Shown here piece after piece: positions 1-17,439 of a DNA stretch of 54,197 nucleotides. Under the pieces are notes generated by a model. The model searched no databases. It saw nothing but the letters and a program-made list of their open reading frames with translations, and had not been told where the DNA came from. How positions within the stretch are numbered: the first letter of the stretch is position 1; every line of letters begins with the position of its first letter. The stretch comes from Jimgerdemannia flammicorona. Lineage: Eukaryota. Location: contig RBNJ01000019.1 of the NCBI GenBank assembly GCA_003990765.1, forward strand, positions 1 to 54,197, read 5' to 3'. The translations under genes were made by a program, and so were the position numbers.

Positions 1-449
1 CGAATAGACAAGAACATTCCTGAATACTTCCCCACAATACCCCTTCACACAAATACTCCTAGTATAGCAATATCATGAATAGCAAATAAACCTATTCCAT
101 AACCCACAAACCACTCTTAAGTAAATCCGCTCTCTGTTAGGTCCTACTCCTAACCCCATCACGAAATTTCCAAATTGGGTATTGTCTGCAGCGATACACC
201 GATTCAACTAAGCTGGTCTTAGTTTCTTGAACTTCCTGAAATACGGAAAATCCTGAACATCCAGAACTAGTCCGGAAAAGGACTTTGGTTGAGACGTCAA
301 CCCGATCTTGAAATCAATAAGTATAGAGGACGTACTCCATATGAAATTGATCTTGACCATAAGAAAACGATCTTCCAGAACATCCAGAATATCCAGAAAA
401 CCCTTCCAGAACTACGTAACGATTACCCTAAAAAAGTAACCCTCTTACA
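1..449 (+). mobile_element. 3' part of a family-A Gypsy LTR (3' LTR or solo LTR; begins before the window)
   Basis: Colinear with the LTR ends at ~24410-24855 and ~29295-29742. Ends ...GTAACCCTCTTACA at 449 and is not followed by the PBS. Unlike the other copies it still has about 13 CpGs. Confidence 0.88.
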
Positions 450-1039
450 CTATATATAATTCATAATATACTAGACAATATCTTATTAATAATAATAAAA
501 AGAAAAAAACACCACATCAAAATAGATATACTCCAAATATAATCAAAGATACCAAAAACTATAAAAAAATAAAAATACTAATCTAACACTAATAAAGAAA
601 CAACTCATCACTATTACCTCTCTTTTATCATACTCTTACAAATATAATAAACCAAATCAAAATAAAAAGAATAATAATAATAATAATAAGAAAAGAAACT
701 CAGAAAATTACCTACCAAATCTTATAACCAATAAGATAATAGAGAAAGAAATCTTGTTAAACTAATCTCATATCACTTCTCTTTAGCAACCTACATACTA
801 CATATCAGCCTATCAGCAGCATAACTGCCACAATTTGTTCAAAGCAAAACCTTTGTACTGATTTACAATAATGATAAAACACTGTCATAGAAATCATAGA
901 AATCCAAAAGTGCTGATACTTTGAGAAATTCATAATGACAAACGATCGTCGCTCCAACCGAAGACAAAACTCACCTTCATAATTCATTCTCTAAATATGC
1001 GCATCACTCATTAATACAGGCAGGCACATCCAATCCCGC

Positions 1040-3250
1040 CTACCTAAATATAAACCTAATTCGCGGTACAACCCCCTCTCCTTGCCCGGCCGCAGGCACA
1101 GATGTAGCGTCGGTACCGGTCACCTTGCTCTCCTCCTTGCGGTAACCTAAAACCTCGTCCATCTCGCGCACGGAGTGCCCGAACTTAGTACAGATCTCGT
1201 CATAGTGGTGCTGTCCGTCCAAAAAGGGCAACAACAGGGGCGGGACGCGCTTTCGCACGGATTCGGGAGCCGTATCCGTCAGAATCGGGTATTTATGCAC
1301 GCGGTATAGGAACCCCTTGATGACGCCGAAGGAGATGAAGCGGCTAGGTGGGCGCGATGAGTGTGTGGAGGATGTAGTCGATATAACGGGAAAGCAATAG
1401 GAGACCGGAATTCTCGCGGGTTATATATGACGGAAGAACAGTGTGCGGCAATTACTTTCAAAGTTTTATGCCTTTTCAAACTTACCGAATATCCATGGGA
1501 ATCAAATCGACCCCGTTCTCATCAATCCACTCTCGTAGCGTCGTACCGTGCCTAAGCGCGCAATACAATGCAAAAATCTTGGCAATAGATGGGGCAGGAT
1601 GATCTAAGGCGAAAGATACGACGCAGGATTTATATCGGGTTAGTTGAACCTTTACAATATCGCAAAACGAACGTCCAAGTAAAGCAGAATCTCAAAAAGA
1701 AAACGCAAGGCTGTAAAATTGTATTTGGGATACGGTACTTATCCTTGTAATATAATTTATACACTCGTTTTGCAGCGGTCCGTCCTCCATTATTCGCATG
1801 ACGTCCGGTTTTACAGCATAGATGTTCGAGAACTGAAATATATCGACCATAATCACGCAACCATAGTATCTGTAATGCACAAGATACCACAGACGTGTCA
1901 TTAATTAGGTGTCAGCCTATGAGAACAACGAAACCAAAACAACAGCAATTACTTACACAAGATGTTCCATACTCTTTCGTGCCCAATGCGTGGCGACATC
2001 CGCCATCTCAGCAATCTTTTTGACATGGTTCACACCGTTGATGTAGCCAATGATCTGGGATAAAGTATAACATAATGAGAAATTTACCACACGAACATTC
2101 AATTCGCCCTATTGTTAAATATTTGATTATTCGGAAACAAGACGGTTTATTACAAAGAGTACCCTCCAAGACGGTAACCGCCTAAGCGCTGCAGTAACTA
2201 TACCAACTCCGAAGCCTCATTCATTCAATGCTGACTAAATTGAATCGGCACTTCTCTTCCAAAACTTTCTACCAGTAGTTCAAAGCAAAACAATAAACAA
2301 CACACACACCTTTCGCATGGTAATGTCCCAATTCACGTCTATTAGTTGTTGCAGCTCAACCGTGTAGACCGGTACTTGGTAATCGTGCACGACAGGAGGA
2401 TTGGGGTATGTTGGGAAAAGCTTGATGTTGATGGTGTTGGAGACGTCTGTCATTAATGTACAATGAATGAGAGGGTGTGGATTGATTATAGAGCACCAAG
2501 ATGGTTAGCTCGAAGGAGAATTGTGCCTATACGTGGGAGGCATGAGTATCACAAGTAAGAAAAGAGCTGACACTGCTCAAATCAAGTACGTACTGATAGG
2601 GATTTGGCATTCGCAGTAGCTGTTAAGATCTTCGAGCAACTGCTCAATCAAATTCTGTACGGAGAAACGCTGGCAATTGTTCGACAAAAAAGAACTTTCT
2701 TTCTGTAATAGTAAAGTCAATGAGAAAGCAGTCATCATGACAACATAATGCATAAAAAAATATGCCGAGTTGGAGATATCGTGCTTACTTCCAACCCATC
2801 CAGCAATTTGGCCATTTTCCTCACCACTGGTTCATAGCTGCTCGTCTCCGCATCCCGCTCAAACACGAAACACAGGTTGAACATATAGTCGTTACGGCGG
2901 TACTTTTCGACGTCCACGATGAGAATGGGGAAGCCCATAACCTTGTAGCTGGGCGTAGAGATAGTAACAAGGTGCCCACATAGTTCCTTTTTTGGGATGA
3001 TGTACTCGGAAATAACCTTGAAATCTATCAGTGTCTTGTTGGTATCCTGGCTGCCGGCTGTCGGAGGAAGGGTTGGAGAGGATGGTGTCAATGGGTGGTG
3101 TGTAGAGGCGGAGGTGAGAGAAGTTGGAGGGATTGGAGAGAGGGGTGTAATGGAGCCTTCTGGCACCTGGCACACTACGATGGGGCCATTTTTATCATGA
3201 AAGACGGAATAGAAAATGCTGTGAAGGCGGGGAAACCCTTGGAACTCCAT
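1040..3250 (-). CDS. NPR2: Nitrogen permease regulator 2 / NPRL2 (SEACIT-GATOR1 subunit); about 7 exons (approx. 3250-2789, 2702-2594, 2446-2310, 2054-1957, 1872-1741, 1604-1486, 1346-1040)
   Basis: Spliced translation gives MEFQGFPRLHSIFYSVFH..GP.VVCQVPEG, SEYIIPK.ELC, KYRRNDYMFNLCFVF, LLEDLNSYCECQIPI, INIKLFP, YINGVNHVKKIA, YYGCVIMVDIFQFSNIY, RFISFGVIKGFLYRVHKYP and HHYDEIC, all typical of Npr2. Introns are GT-AG. Confidence 0.93.
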
Positions 3251-4345
3251 GGCGAAGGAAGGATATGGCCAGGTCACGGTGGTGGCTTTGTTCATTTATA
3301 TTACATAGCCTTGTCGATGACATCACAACGAACAGACACAACGAACGGACACAACGAATGACGAACGCTTTCCATGTAATTTATGGGTTGCGACTGAATT
3401 TGAGTTTGTTGGCCACACAGGTTTTCGATGATTTGTTTTGCTTACTGCGGAACGTGAATTCTATATTAAAATTTTCACACCTCTTCGTTGTCACAAAAAA
3501 AGAAAAAATGCCAGGAGAGAAGAGAAAGACAGGGAGGGAAAAAAAATAGCAAGAAGGAAAGGAAGCTCTAGATATGCGAATTTTGGATAATTGTAAGACT
3601 GGTTGCCAGAAAACACCGGATTTTCTGTCATATCGCTCAAAAACCGTGCCACTTGATATATATAAGCGTGCATTGGTCATCATAGCTCAGAGTGGTGACA
3701 AACTGAAGTACGAAAAAGGAGACCAGGCTCCCACACCCAATCTAGATTGGCCAAAATTCCCGCATTATTGGCGGCCTTCTCCAACAATGACTCATTGCCC
3801 TAAGAAATGTGAGTAAATGGGGGGAGAAGTTGTAGAGATATTTGCATTTTACCCGATCCCCGGATTCTCGGATTGGTTCTCTCAGTTTCGGGTTATTTTT
3901 ACAAAGCAGAGGTGGTTTGAGCGATGATGTCATGACCTCCAATGTTACAGAGTTGCTAGTGCTTTGGAATACAAGACAGTTAGTTTGTGCTTGGCTCCTG
4001 GACTCTACTTATATCCCTTCGCTATCCACAACAGACGCCTTTCTTTCCCATCATCTGTTGTGTGCCTGATTCGTTCTTCGCTCTTTCCGCAGGAGAGCTG
4101 CGAATCCTCCCTCCCTCGCCTTAGACTTCCCTTTTAAACCCCTTGCGTCACCCTCACGTTACAGCTTAGACAAGGCTTGGCGCCGTGCTTCAGCTTAACT
4201 AAGAGCACAAGTGTTCTTTCCGCACCTTGACACCTGTTGCCTCTGCCTTTTGTCTACCTATTGAGGAGTTCCGGAAACCCAATTCAACACCACTCGTCGT
4301 CACCTTTCGTCCGGTAACCCCTTGGTTGGTCAACAGCAAACAACT
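3251..4345. promoter_or_regulatory. Divergent (head-to-head) intergenic/promoter region of NPR2 and RSP5
   Basis: About 1.1 kb between oppositely oriented start codons. A pyrimidine-rich leader (4000-4340) precedes the RSP5 ATG. No individual sites can be assigned. Confidence 0.6.
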
Positions 4346-8723
<4,378 letters not shown>

Positions 8724-9202
8724 ACGGAAGGGGTTTACAGATGCTTAATATATTATATGTTGCTTCCATCTTCGATTGTCTTGTGTCTGTGCTGGTGTAG
8801 CGTCGTAAATTCATAACATTATCTTGCGAAATAGCGTTGTGGTTGATAGCGTTGTGGTTGATGAGACGACCAGCATCACGGACATTGGCGTGAACGATCT
8901 TATTACCAGTTACCGCCTTTCCTTCGGTTTTCCTTTTCTCCATATTCAACGTCAAAATTATGTTTCCACTATCGTATTAGTACGTAGAACTGCCATTTGT
9001 ACTTTTCTTCAAACTCCTTCCCCTATCTCACGATAACCTTTTTTTTTTTTTCTTTGAACATTGGCAACATTGGCGAAGATGCAGTAATCGTAATAAAATT
9101 GGTCACAATAAATCACGTGTTGGTCGCTGCTGACGCCATCGTTGAAGGCTCCTGAACATGTTCCAGAGACGTAGTAGTGCAAGCCAACAAGCCAGCGCCG
9201 CA

Positions 9203-10606
9203 ATGTCAAGGTACTGGCTTGGATATGTAGGGAAGGGTACATGCCGTGACAGCTGCATAGTATTTAACTCGCTTAATCCTGCATCAATAGACCCAAGATT
9301 ACATTTGGAACCCGTGCAGTGGTGTGTCAAGAGGCCGAGCTGAAGGGAGAGATCAACATAGGTATGTCTTCCCGACGGTACATCCTCACGTCCTTCAACC
9401 AATGTTCCTCTATCTAGGTAACGTTCGTGTTGCCATCTCACACGTATGATGCTTTATCTTTACGATAGGTTCAGGTATGAGAATGAAGCCCTCCTTTCTT
9501 CCTTTCTGTTGGTGTCAGCGCAAAGTTTGGCGACTGACTTCTCGACCCATTTATCTGTACCGCCGGATTACAGGCTCAGTGCTGCACCCTCAATGTAAAG
9601 TACTGGCGGAAAACGGCCCAATAATAATAGGAACAGATAACATTATCGAAGAGAATGTCGTCATTGTGAACAAGTGAGCTTTGCGGTCTCGAGTAAAGCG
9701 TTTTCTCTTTCGGCACGACTGGAGTCTAATCTCACCGAGGATTCAGGAACACGAAACCCCTCATAATTGGAGATGGAAATGTATTCGAAGTTGGATGCTG
9801 TATCCTTTCAAGATTCGCACGAGCGTGTGCATGATCACCGCCGTGAACACTGCCTTCCTACTTTCTCCATGTCTGCAATTTATTATCGTTCTTCGCACCG
9901 CGATCTATTTGAGCTCTTTTGAGCGTTACCCTTGACATAGCCCGTTTGCGGAACGCGACACTGTATCATTAGATATCGAAGGGTCCAAGATTGGTGATTG
10001 CAATATCGTCGAGGCGAAAGGTGCGCCGGGATTCCGTCCAGATCTATTCTAACGCCTCCACATATGCACATGTGCGTGCGGCGAGCTGCCTGAGCTCAAA
10101 ATATACGTGTCTCTTTAATTGATATAACCGAAAACACAGCACGAATCTTAAACACGACGTCGATCGGCGACAACTGCGTCATTGGCACCGGCTGCTCGAC
10201 CGAGATCCACGAGACCGTGCCGGACAATACCGTAATCTACGGGTACAATCACAACCGGCGCGTGCAGGGCACTATCAATACCGTGAGTCCGGAAGTTCAG
10301 AAGTTAGGAGGAGATTTGTGGAGAATGAATGTTGGTTGTCTATGTGGACTGCTGAAGAGCGCAAGGCCCACAGAATCATCTTTGCCTATCTTCATGGGGT
10401 CGTCGATTGAATGTCACTGACGTAACTCTCCACTTCTAGGCGCACAGGGCGCTCCACGCCAGGCATTTGGATTACCTCCGAGAGGTGAGTATGTATCCTT
10501 CTTTTTTTGTCTCAACTCAATTATCGACATTAGCTGTCGTCTGACTCGCCATGGACGATCTCATCTGTAGGTGTTGCCGAAATACAACCATCTTAAGACT
10601 GTATAG
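9203..10606 (+). CDS. DCTN6: Dynactin subunit 6 (p27), left-handed beta-helix; 9 exons: 9203-9210, 9291-9361, 9469-9474, 9574-9673, 9747-9799, 9973-10020, 10140-10282, 10440-10484, 10571-10606 (169 aa)
   Basis: Exons join in frame (510 nt): MSRPKITFGTRAVVCQEAELKGEINIGSGSVLHPQCKVLAENGPIIIGTDNIIEENVVIVN..LIIGDGNVFEVGC..IGDNCVIG..PDNTVIYG..HLDYLREVLPKYNHL. Hexapeptide repeats and C-terminus are typical of p27. Confidence 0.9.
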
Positions 10607-11008
10607 TTTATTCATCCATAATGTACACTTCCATCATTTCTTGTTTTGGTCATCTCTTTCTGGTTTTGCTGGACATCTTCCAACTACTATTTGAGCATCG
10701 AAACTGGAAATCGGAGCTGCGCGATTCGAGATACTTCGCTGATTGTAGAGGTTAGCACAAAGAAATAAACTTGGCTGATGAAAAGGAGGGCGGAGACAGG
10801 AAAATGACAAATATCTGTTGTATGCAGACTACGACCGTGGTTTTGAAACCTTTCATGACCTCGATACCCAGCACTCTCAAGCAGAGGCTCGACTTCGTTC
10901 CGAATATGAGGAATCATCCAAGCGCAGTCAGCAATAAGATATGCGACGAACGTCATCCTAGCTTATGTAGTTTATTGAAAAACACAAGTAATCTATACAA
11001 ATGTCGAT

Positions 11009-12977
11009 CTACACTCCCAGAATCCTAAACTTCTCATCACGCGGCACGCGATTCACAACGACGCGACCATCATACGAAAGCGACGCGAACGTCCAAATAT
11101 CGGCGTGACTCCACGCCACCGCATAGACGCTGTCTTCGTGCTGGTCATACGTGTGAACCAGGCCATCAGTAGGTATCCTATGATGTGGCGACGATCGATG
11201 AGTAAATATATGATGTTGCGGAAACGTGATGGAGAAGATTACGCAACATCGCACCTCCAATGGCGTGATGCGAACAATTGAGATGTCGAAGAAGCGAAGA
11301 GATAGAACTGGTAAGTTCGACACCATACCCTCTTGCATTATTATTATAGTAACCCGACTGTTGATCCTCGCCCTCTTCATCACCGTTGTCTTCGTAAGCG
11401 TCAAAAGCAGCCGAGGATATGGATACAACGCTCTGCAAATTTACGAGGTTGTCGGAGCTCGAGCTGAGCACAAGTTGGTCGTGAAATCTGTTGAACGCCA
11501 CTGACCATATCCTGAAAAATGGCATTAATTAAGAACCTATGCATGTAGGGCCTCTGGAGGCAGTTTGGCACGACATCGAGCTTTCAAACACTATGAGTTA
11601 AATAGGCCACCATTCGCTTTCTGGATGCAGCTAGCCAGTTCACATCCACAAACACTAGGTTGTGTGCCTGAAGTCGGCTACTTACCAATGAGTATGATCG
11701 GACAGCACTTTTACCGCCTGCTTGCCACCGTTCCGCATGTCCCAGAACCTGATGCGACCGTCATCGCCCCCTGTAACGATACTATGTGGTTTGTTCGGGT
11801 TGTAATCCAGCGCGCGAATCGTGGATGCATGCGCGGATGGGATCGAGAAAGTCTGCCTGGAGGTGTGTATAGATAGAAAACGACACTGGTGAGACTTCAC
11901 CCCAAACTCGATGGTCACATTAGCACAGCCCTTACAACGTCGCCGCAATCGCTCACTCACTTCTGCGACCGCAGGTCCCACCCACTCAGGCACCCCTCGT
12001 TAACAGTCACAATCTCGGCGGCATGTGGATTCCACACCGCATTGGTGAGGTAGGTAGTTGGATCGTCTCCGGTGATGGGAACGGCGATCGACGTCGAGAG
12101 CTAAGGTGCATTTCAATCATTGGCATTGACGTTTCTAATTAAGCCCGTTGAAGGAAGAAGAGTGCGTCAATACGTACCTGCGCTCCGTTCAATGAGTCGT
12201 TCAGCGACCATATCCGTAACGAAGTATCGTCCATCGACACCACTTGCGACATACTCCCTCTTGGTTCCCATAAGACCCTGAAATCAATATGTCGGTAGAA
12301 TGACAATGGTCAAAACCAACTACAGAGATGGATGGATTAGTATCGGAGATACAATGGCATTTCTTTATGGAGACGCTCACTTTTTAACCTTGTCGGCTGC
12401 TAGCGTAAATGCCTTTTGCAATTGTAACCCAGCTCCCTCCCTACCATCGTTTCGCACACCCGAATTTGTCACCCTGTTGTCCTTTTCCTCAGCGGAACTA
12501 CCCATTCGCCATAGGGTCGCCTTCAGCTTGTTGGTGCCGTTTGTAACTAAGCGGATCGACGATACATGAGTCATCAACCCTAAGGCAATCGGGTCGGATA
12601 CAAAACAGGAGTACGTGGTAGCTGCTTGAACTATTCATACCTGCACTGTGGCAAGTGAAGAAGAGCTCCTCCTTTTTTGGACAGGAGGTTATGTCCCACA
12701 CTTCGTCTGGGTGGCGGAAGTCAGTCGAGCCAATCTCGAACGCATCTTCGTCAAAGTCGAGTAGGCAGACCGCGTTATCGCGCTTTGGGCCAAGTGTACC
12801 CACGAGGAACTTGTTATTTTCGGAGGCAGCTGGGACGGCGGTTAAGCATCTGGCATGCTAACGAAGTGCCAAGGCAATTAGATCTTTCTTCGCCATGGTT
12901 GACCGGTTGCGCCGCATAGATGGAGAGAATACCTGATGCCTTAAACCGTAAACGCAGGATCTGTCGTCGTCGTTCAT
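11009..12977 (-). CDS. EIPR1: EARP/GARP-interacting WD40 protein EIPR1 (TSSC1); about 8 exons
   Basis: N-terminus [34 protein letters not shown] repeats [27 protein letters not shown] and [25 protein letters not shown]-terminus [39 protein letters not shown]. Confidence 0.9.
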
Positions 12978-14092
12978 TTGGTCATTGTGGTGAGGGTGTG
13001 CCTGGGACGTGCTTCCGCGGTCTAAGCCACCCGATGCCCATAATAAAATCGTCCCAAAAAAAAATTTCCTTGTCTCCCTTGAGCCCTTGAGCTCCACTCA
13101 TGGTATGTCATCGGTGTACCGCGCCAGCATGATCTTCGTATTCGTATTCCCCGCATTTGATGATTGAAAAGAATCGCTACACTGAAACCCCTCAGGGGCC
13201 CTGTGGATTATTCTAAGCATCTTTCTGATGCCTATATTCAAACCAATGATGTTTGCATTCCAGACGTAATATGTCTTGCTGATCATTCTGTTATCTCTTC
13301 ACAATCAGGATCAAGCCACCGCGTTGACAGACATGTATGGTTTAGAAGGCTAGCGTTACATACATACGGCGCGGAGATAATAGGTACTTTTCCATTCCGC
13401 TCGAGAGACAATGTATAGACATAAACCAAATAAAATTTGCTTGTGTTAGCTGTACTTAAGCTCCTTGAACATAAGCTTCGTTGCACGTAAATTCTGCTCA
13501 AGGTCAAAATCACCAAGGCCGCTTCCTTTTTTTTTTTTTTTCTGCCTGAAAAGGTTGGCGGCTTGGGTGTTTTGCGCTCCCCATACTCACGTCAACAATT
13601 TTACCTACCACAATAAATAATTACTATTTCTTTGAATAGTCTATTCACGTCTTCTCTTGATACCATGGCGATGAGACCTCCAGGCACAGTCTATCTGAAA
13701 CCAAAGGGTTACGTCCATCTTGCCATGATCTCGGTTGGAAGTAGGTTGGTGCGATTCCTCTTTGTTAGATCGACGAGTACCGCAACACGATCCCCGAAGA
13801 GTAGAAGGAATTCAAGTACGCTGACTTTCTTTAAACTAATTCAAAGAGCTACGTGACAATATTGACTTGTTAGATTTGCCTTATCTAGGCAAATCCAGGA
13901 CAACAAAGGTCATCAAATTTGGATGAGTTATATATAGTTTCCTTGAGTATCTTCTTATACTATATTGTCAAAAGAGTAGTAATCTGAGTCTTATTTATAG
14001 TCTTATTTATCTTGATAATAATATTGACTTAATAAATATATAAATTATATTGAGTAAGTTAGAGTTTTTTTTAAGATTAGATTATAATCTCT

Positions 14093-14899
14093 TTTTTTTT
14101 TTTTTTAACAGATTCATAGTCCTGTGGATTTTTATTGAAAGAGAATCTAGACTATATAGACCAAAACTCTCCCCCACTACCCACCAAACATTATCTCTTC
14201 ATTAATCTAGGCTACTAAATTGTCCAGTAGTCCCACCACTCTAGCTATACCTATCAAACACCAGCTATATCAACTCTTATAATATAGACTAGACTTGTCT
14301 ACTCACTAGGACTAGATTATCATAAATACAAATGAGAGTATACTTATGCATTAGATCTAGCAGCATCAGAACTGAATAAAGAATAGTCTCCTGAATTCCA
14401 AAAGAAAGTCTAAGGTAAAGAAAAACTCCCCAACTAACTAATAGAAAGCAAAGTGGATTCAAAGTGAGTAAGTAAAGGACTTATATATAGAATTCTCTTC
14501 AAAAGAATTTATATATAGACTAGGACCAAAAAAGACCCCACTCCCACTCCTTGAACCTATGGGCCTCAATTACATTACTATATCAGCTCTCAGTTTCAGT
14601 CAGATACTACTACATAAATGAAAAAGGTCACACTTTTCAAACCTATGAGCCTTGATCACATTACTGTGTCAGCTTCTAGTTTTAGTTAAGTATAGCTTGG
14701 ATATCAGTCCCTACACTACCCTACCCTCTACCAGTCAATTGGAAAGCTCTACTAAGATAACATCTACTTCAATACCAATAACTATCTCTAGCCTAGCACC
14801 CTACTGGTTTACTATAATTGCTCATTCTCTTATCTATAACAGCCATCTCTCTTCTTATTCTAATAATATTTGAAAAGCAGTCACCTATATCAGTGCTGT
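14093..14899 (-). mobile_element. 3' end of a 5'-truncated non-LTR (LINE) element, family C; remainder at 38033-38633 beyond the Gypsy nest
   Basis: Poly(T) at ~14092-14106, AATAAA on the minus strand (~14131-14136) and a G-rich minus strand. The 18-bp TSD GATTAGATTATAATCTCT occurs at 14075-14092 and 38634-38651. Confidence 0.75.
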
Positions 14900-16134
14900 T
14901 GTAAGAGGGTTATTTGTTAGAATAACTATTATATAGTTTTGAAAGAGTTTTTCTAGAAGTTCTGAATATTCTAAAAGACTGTTTTATTTAAGTCAAGATA
15001 AATTTCATATAGAGTATATTCTCTATATTTATTGATTTCAAGATCAGATTAACACCTTAATCAAAGTCCTTTTTTAGACTGGTTCTAGATATTTAGGATT
15101 TTCTATATTTTAAGAAGTTCAAGAAACTAAGACTAGCTTAGTTGAATTAATATATTGCTGCAGACAATACCTGATTAGGAAATTTCATAATAGGGTTAGG
15201 AGTAGAACCTAATAAGGAGTAAATTTACTTAAGAGTAGTTTATAAATTATTAAATAGATTTATTCACTATTTATGATATTACTATACTAGAAGTAGTTAT
15301 GTAAAGAGATATTATAAAGAAGTGTTCTGAGGTTATATTCAGATATTCTGTGTGTTCAAGTCTATTCAAGTTTAAGATTCTAAGGTCTGAGAGAGAGGAT
15401 ATTTATACTAGTAGAAGGCTATCTAGACTATACTAAATATAGATATAGTACTTAATATCTTGCTGAGTCAGTTCACAGTCATATCATATGAGACTAATCT
15501 AACTATACTAATAACTACTAGGCTATTTATAGATTTAGATACTATTTGGGTAGTCTTCAATAATATTACTATTGATGACATCATCTCTAATGAAGTAGTT
15601 ATCTAGGAAAAGTAGTTCTTAAATTACTTCTCTCTGTTTATTGAGATAATAATATATTGGAACTTCATTACTATCTCATAGAATAGTGTCATCTATCTTA
15701 TATGCTAGATAAGGAGTTAGTAGATAAAAGAGAGATACATCATCTTTGCTTTCATCAGATTCACTATTTATATATCTTCTATAAGTTATAGTATTATATA
15801 TCACTAGATTATAGTAAGCTAATAGCTATTGTTCATATTGCTCATACTTGGATAGTAGAGTTATCAGTTCAATTTCAAGAGTTGTCTGGAGATATAGGTT
15901 GTATTCTCCAGTCTCTTCATTATAGTTGAAGTAATTAGAGATAAATGTAGATTAGTACTTATACTAGTAATTATTATCTCAATAAGTCTCATAGGTAGTT
16001 ATAAACTATTATAAGTTCATTAGTAAGATTGGTAGAGTAATCATAGTTGGTAGAGATTCTTAGCTTGAGGTCATGTCAGTGTCAGAGAGATCATTATCTT
16101 CTGCTTCATTATTATAAAACTGAATTATATTATA

Positions 16135-16272
16135 TTTTTTTTTTTTAATAAACTCAAAGTCCCACAGATTTTTATTGGAAGAGAACATAGACTATATAGA
16201 CCAAAACTCTCCTCCACCACTCATCAAGCACTTCTCTCCCATTAACCTAGACTAGCTATTGTCTAGCAACTT
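16135..16272 (-). mobile_element. 138-bp 5'-truncated copy of LINE family C inserted in the A1 3' LTR
   Basis: Poly(T) 16135-16146 and sequence matching 14093-14230. 18-bp TSD AAACTGAATTATATT(A/G)TA at 16117-16134 and 16273-16290. Absent from the paired LTR (~37243-37265). Confidence 0.88.
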
Positions 16273-17439
16273 AAACTGAATTATATTGTAGATATCCTTC
16301 ATAGTATATATATCCAACTTGGAGCATTTGTAGAATATAGTTATTGGGATATAAGAAGGTTCTATCTGTAGTTTGAATATACTTAATATACTTGTGATTG
16401 AGTTCTTGTATCATATTATCAATTTGGTCATAAAATAGGATAGCAACTATTTCAGTAGTAGTAATTTAAAGATAGAGAATAAAGGTACTATACTTATAGA
16501 AGAGTTCTCAATATTTGTGAGCAATGAGTTTCTAGTGTTGAGACATCTGGATAATATCTGTATCATAGTAGTATTTGATCATATCTTCTAGAAGGTAGCT
16601 GATCTGATAGTAGCTTGAGATTTGTTCAATATAGTAAGCTTTACTAAGTATATTTAGGGTATTTTATCAGACTTCTACAAAGTAGAGAGGTATAAGGTTA
16701 TAGATATTCATAAGAGGCAGTATAATGGTTCTAGTTTCTAAATGAGGAAGTGACTAGTTCTGGTGATCTTAAATAGCTCAAAGAGATATTAAGAATTTAA
16801 GTATTCTTGAAGGTTTTCTGAGAGAAATATTCTGAGGCTTTATTCATGAGAACAAAGGGGATATTTATACAAGATCTGAAGGAAGAATCTGGAAGGATCT
16901 GAGAAATCAAAAGAAAATTCCAAGAGGAAAGTTCTTGGCAAAGATGACAAATGATGACAAATAAAGTTCTACAAGTTTCCAGGATATTCCATGACTAGCT
17001 AAATAAGTACTGATTAATGCTCAGCACCAAGATGGGGATTTCTAAGTATGCAGAAAGTGCTGGAAGGTTATAGAATATTTAAGAAAGACAGAGAAAAGAA
17101 ATAAACTATGCTAAAGTATTACATCTACCCCTCCTTAAGAATCTATGTCCTTGTTGAATTCTCAACATTACACATAACAAACAGTAAGACTAAAAGAAAC
17201 TTCAAATTAAATGTATCAACTCATTGGCAAGGATTGGCCATCCTTGTATAAGGTGAGGGCCAAAGTATCATCTTGATTAAATGAGAACTAGTTTGAACCT
17301 TATTGGTTGCAGGATTTATAGAGTTTTTCTATATCTCTTGTTTCTGATACTGTATCCCTTAGAGAGCCCTAATGTATAATATGCCTGATCAGCACAGTAG
17401 GTCATCTACTATTCAAGGAGAGAACCTCATAGGTAGTCA

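Noticed and set aside
13098-13856. Short ORFs upstream of EIPR1
   Set aside because: No motifs or convincing splice pattern; probably promoter/intergenic DNA.
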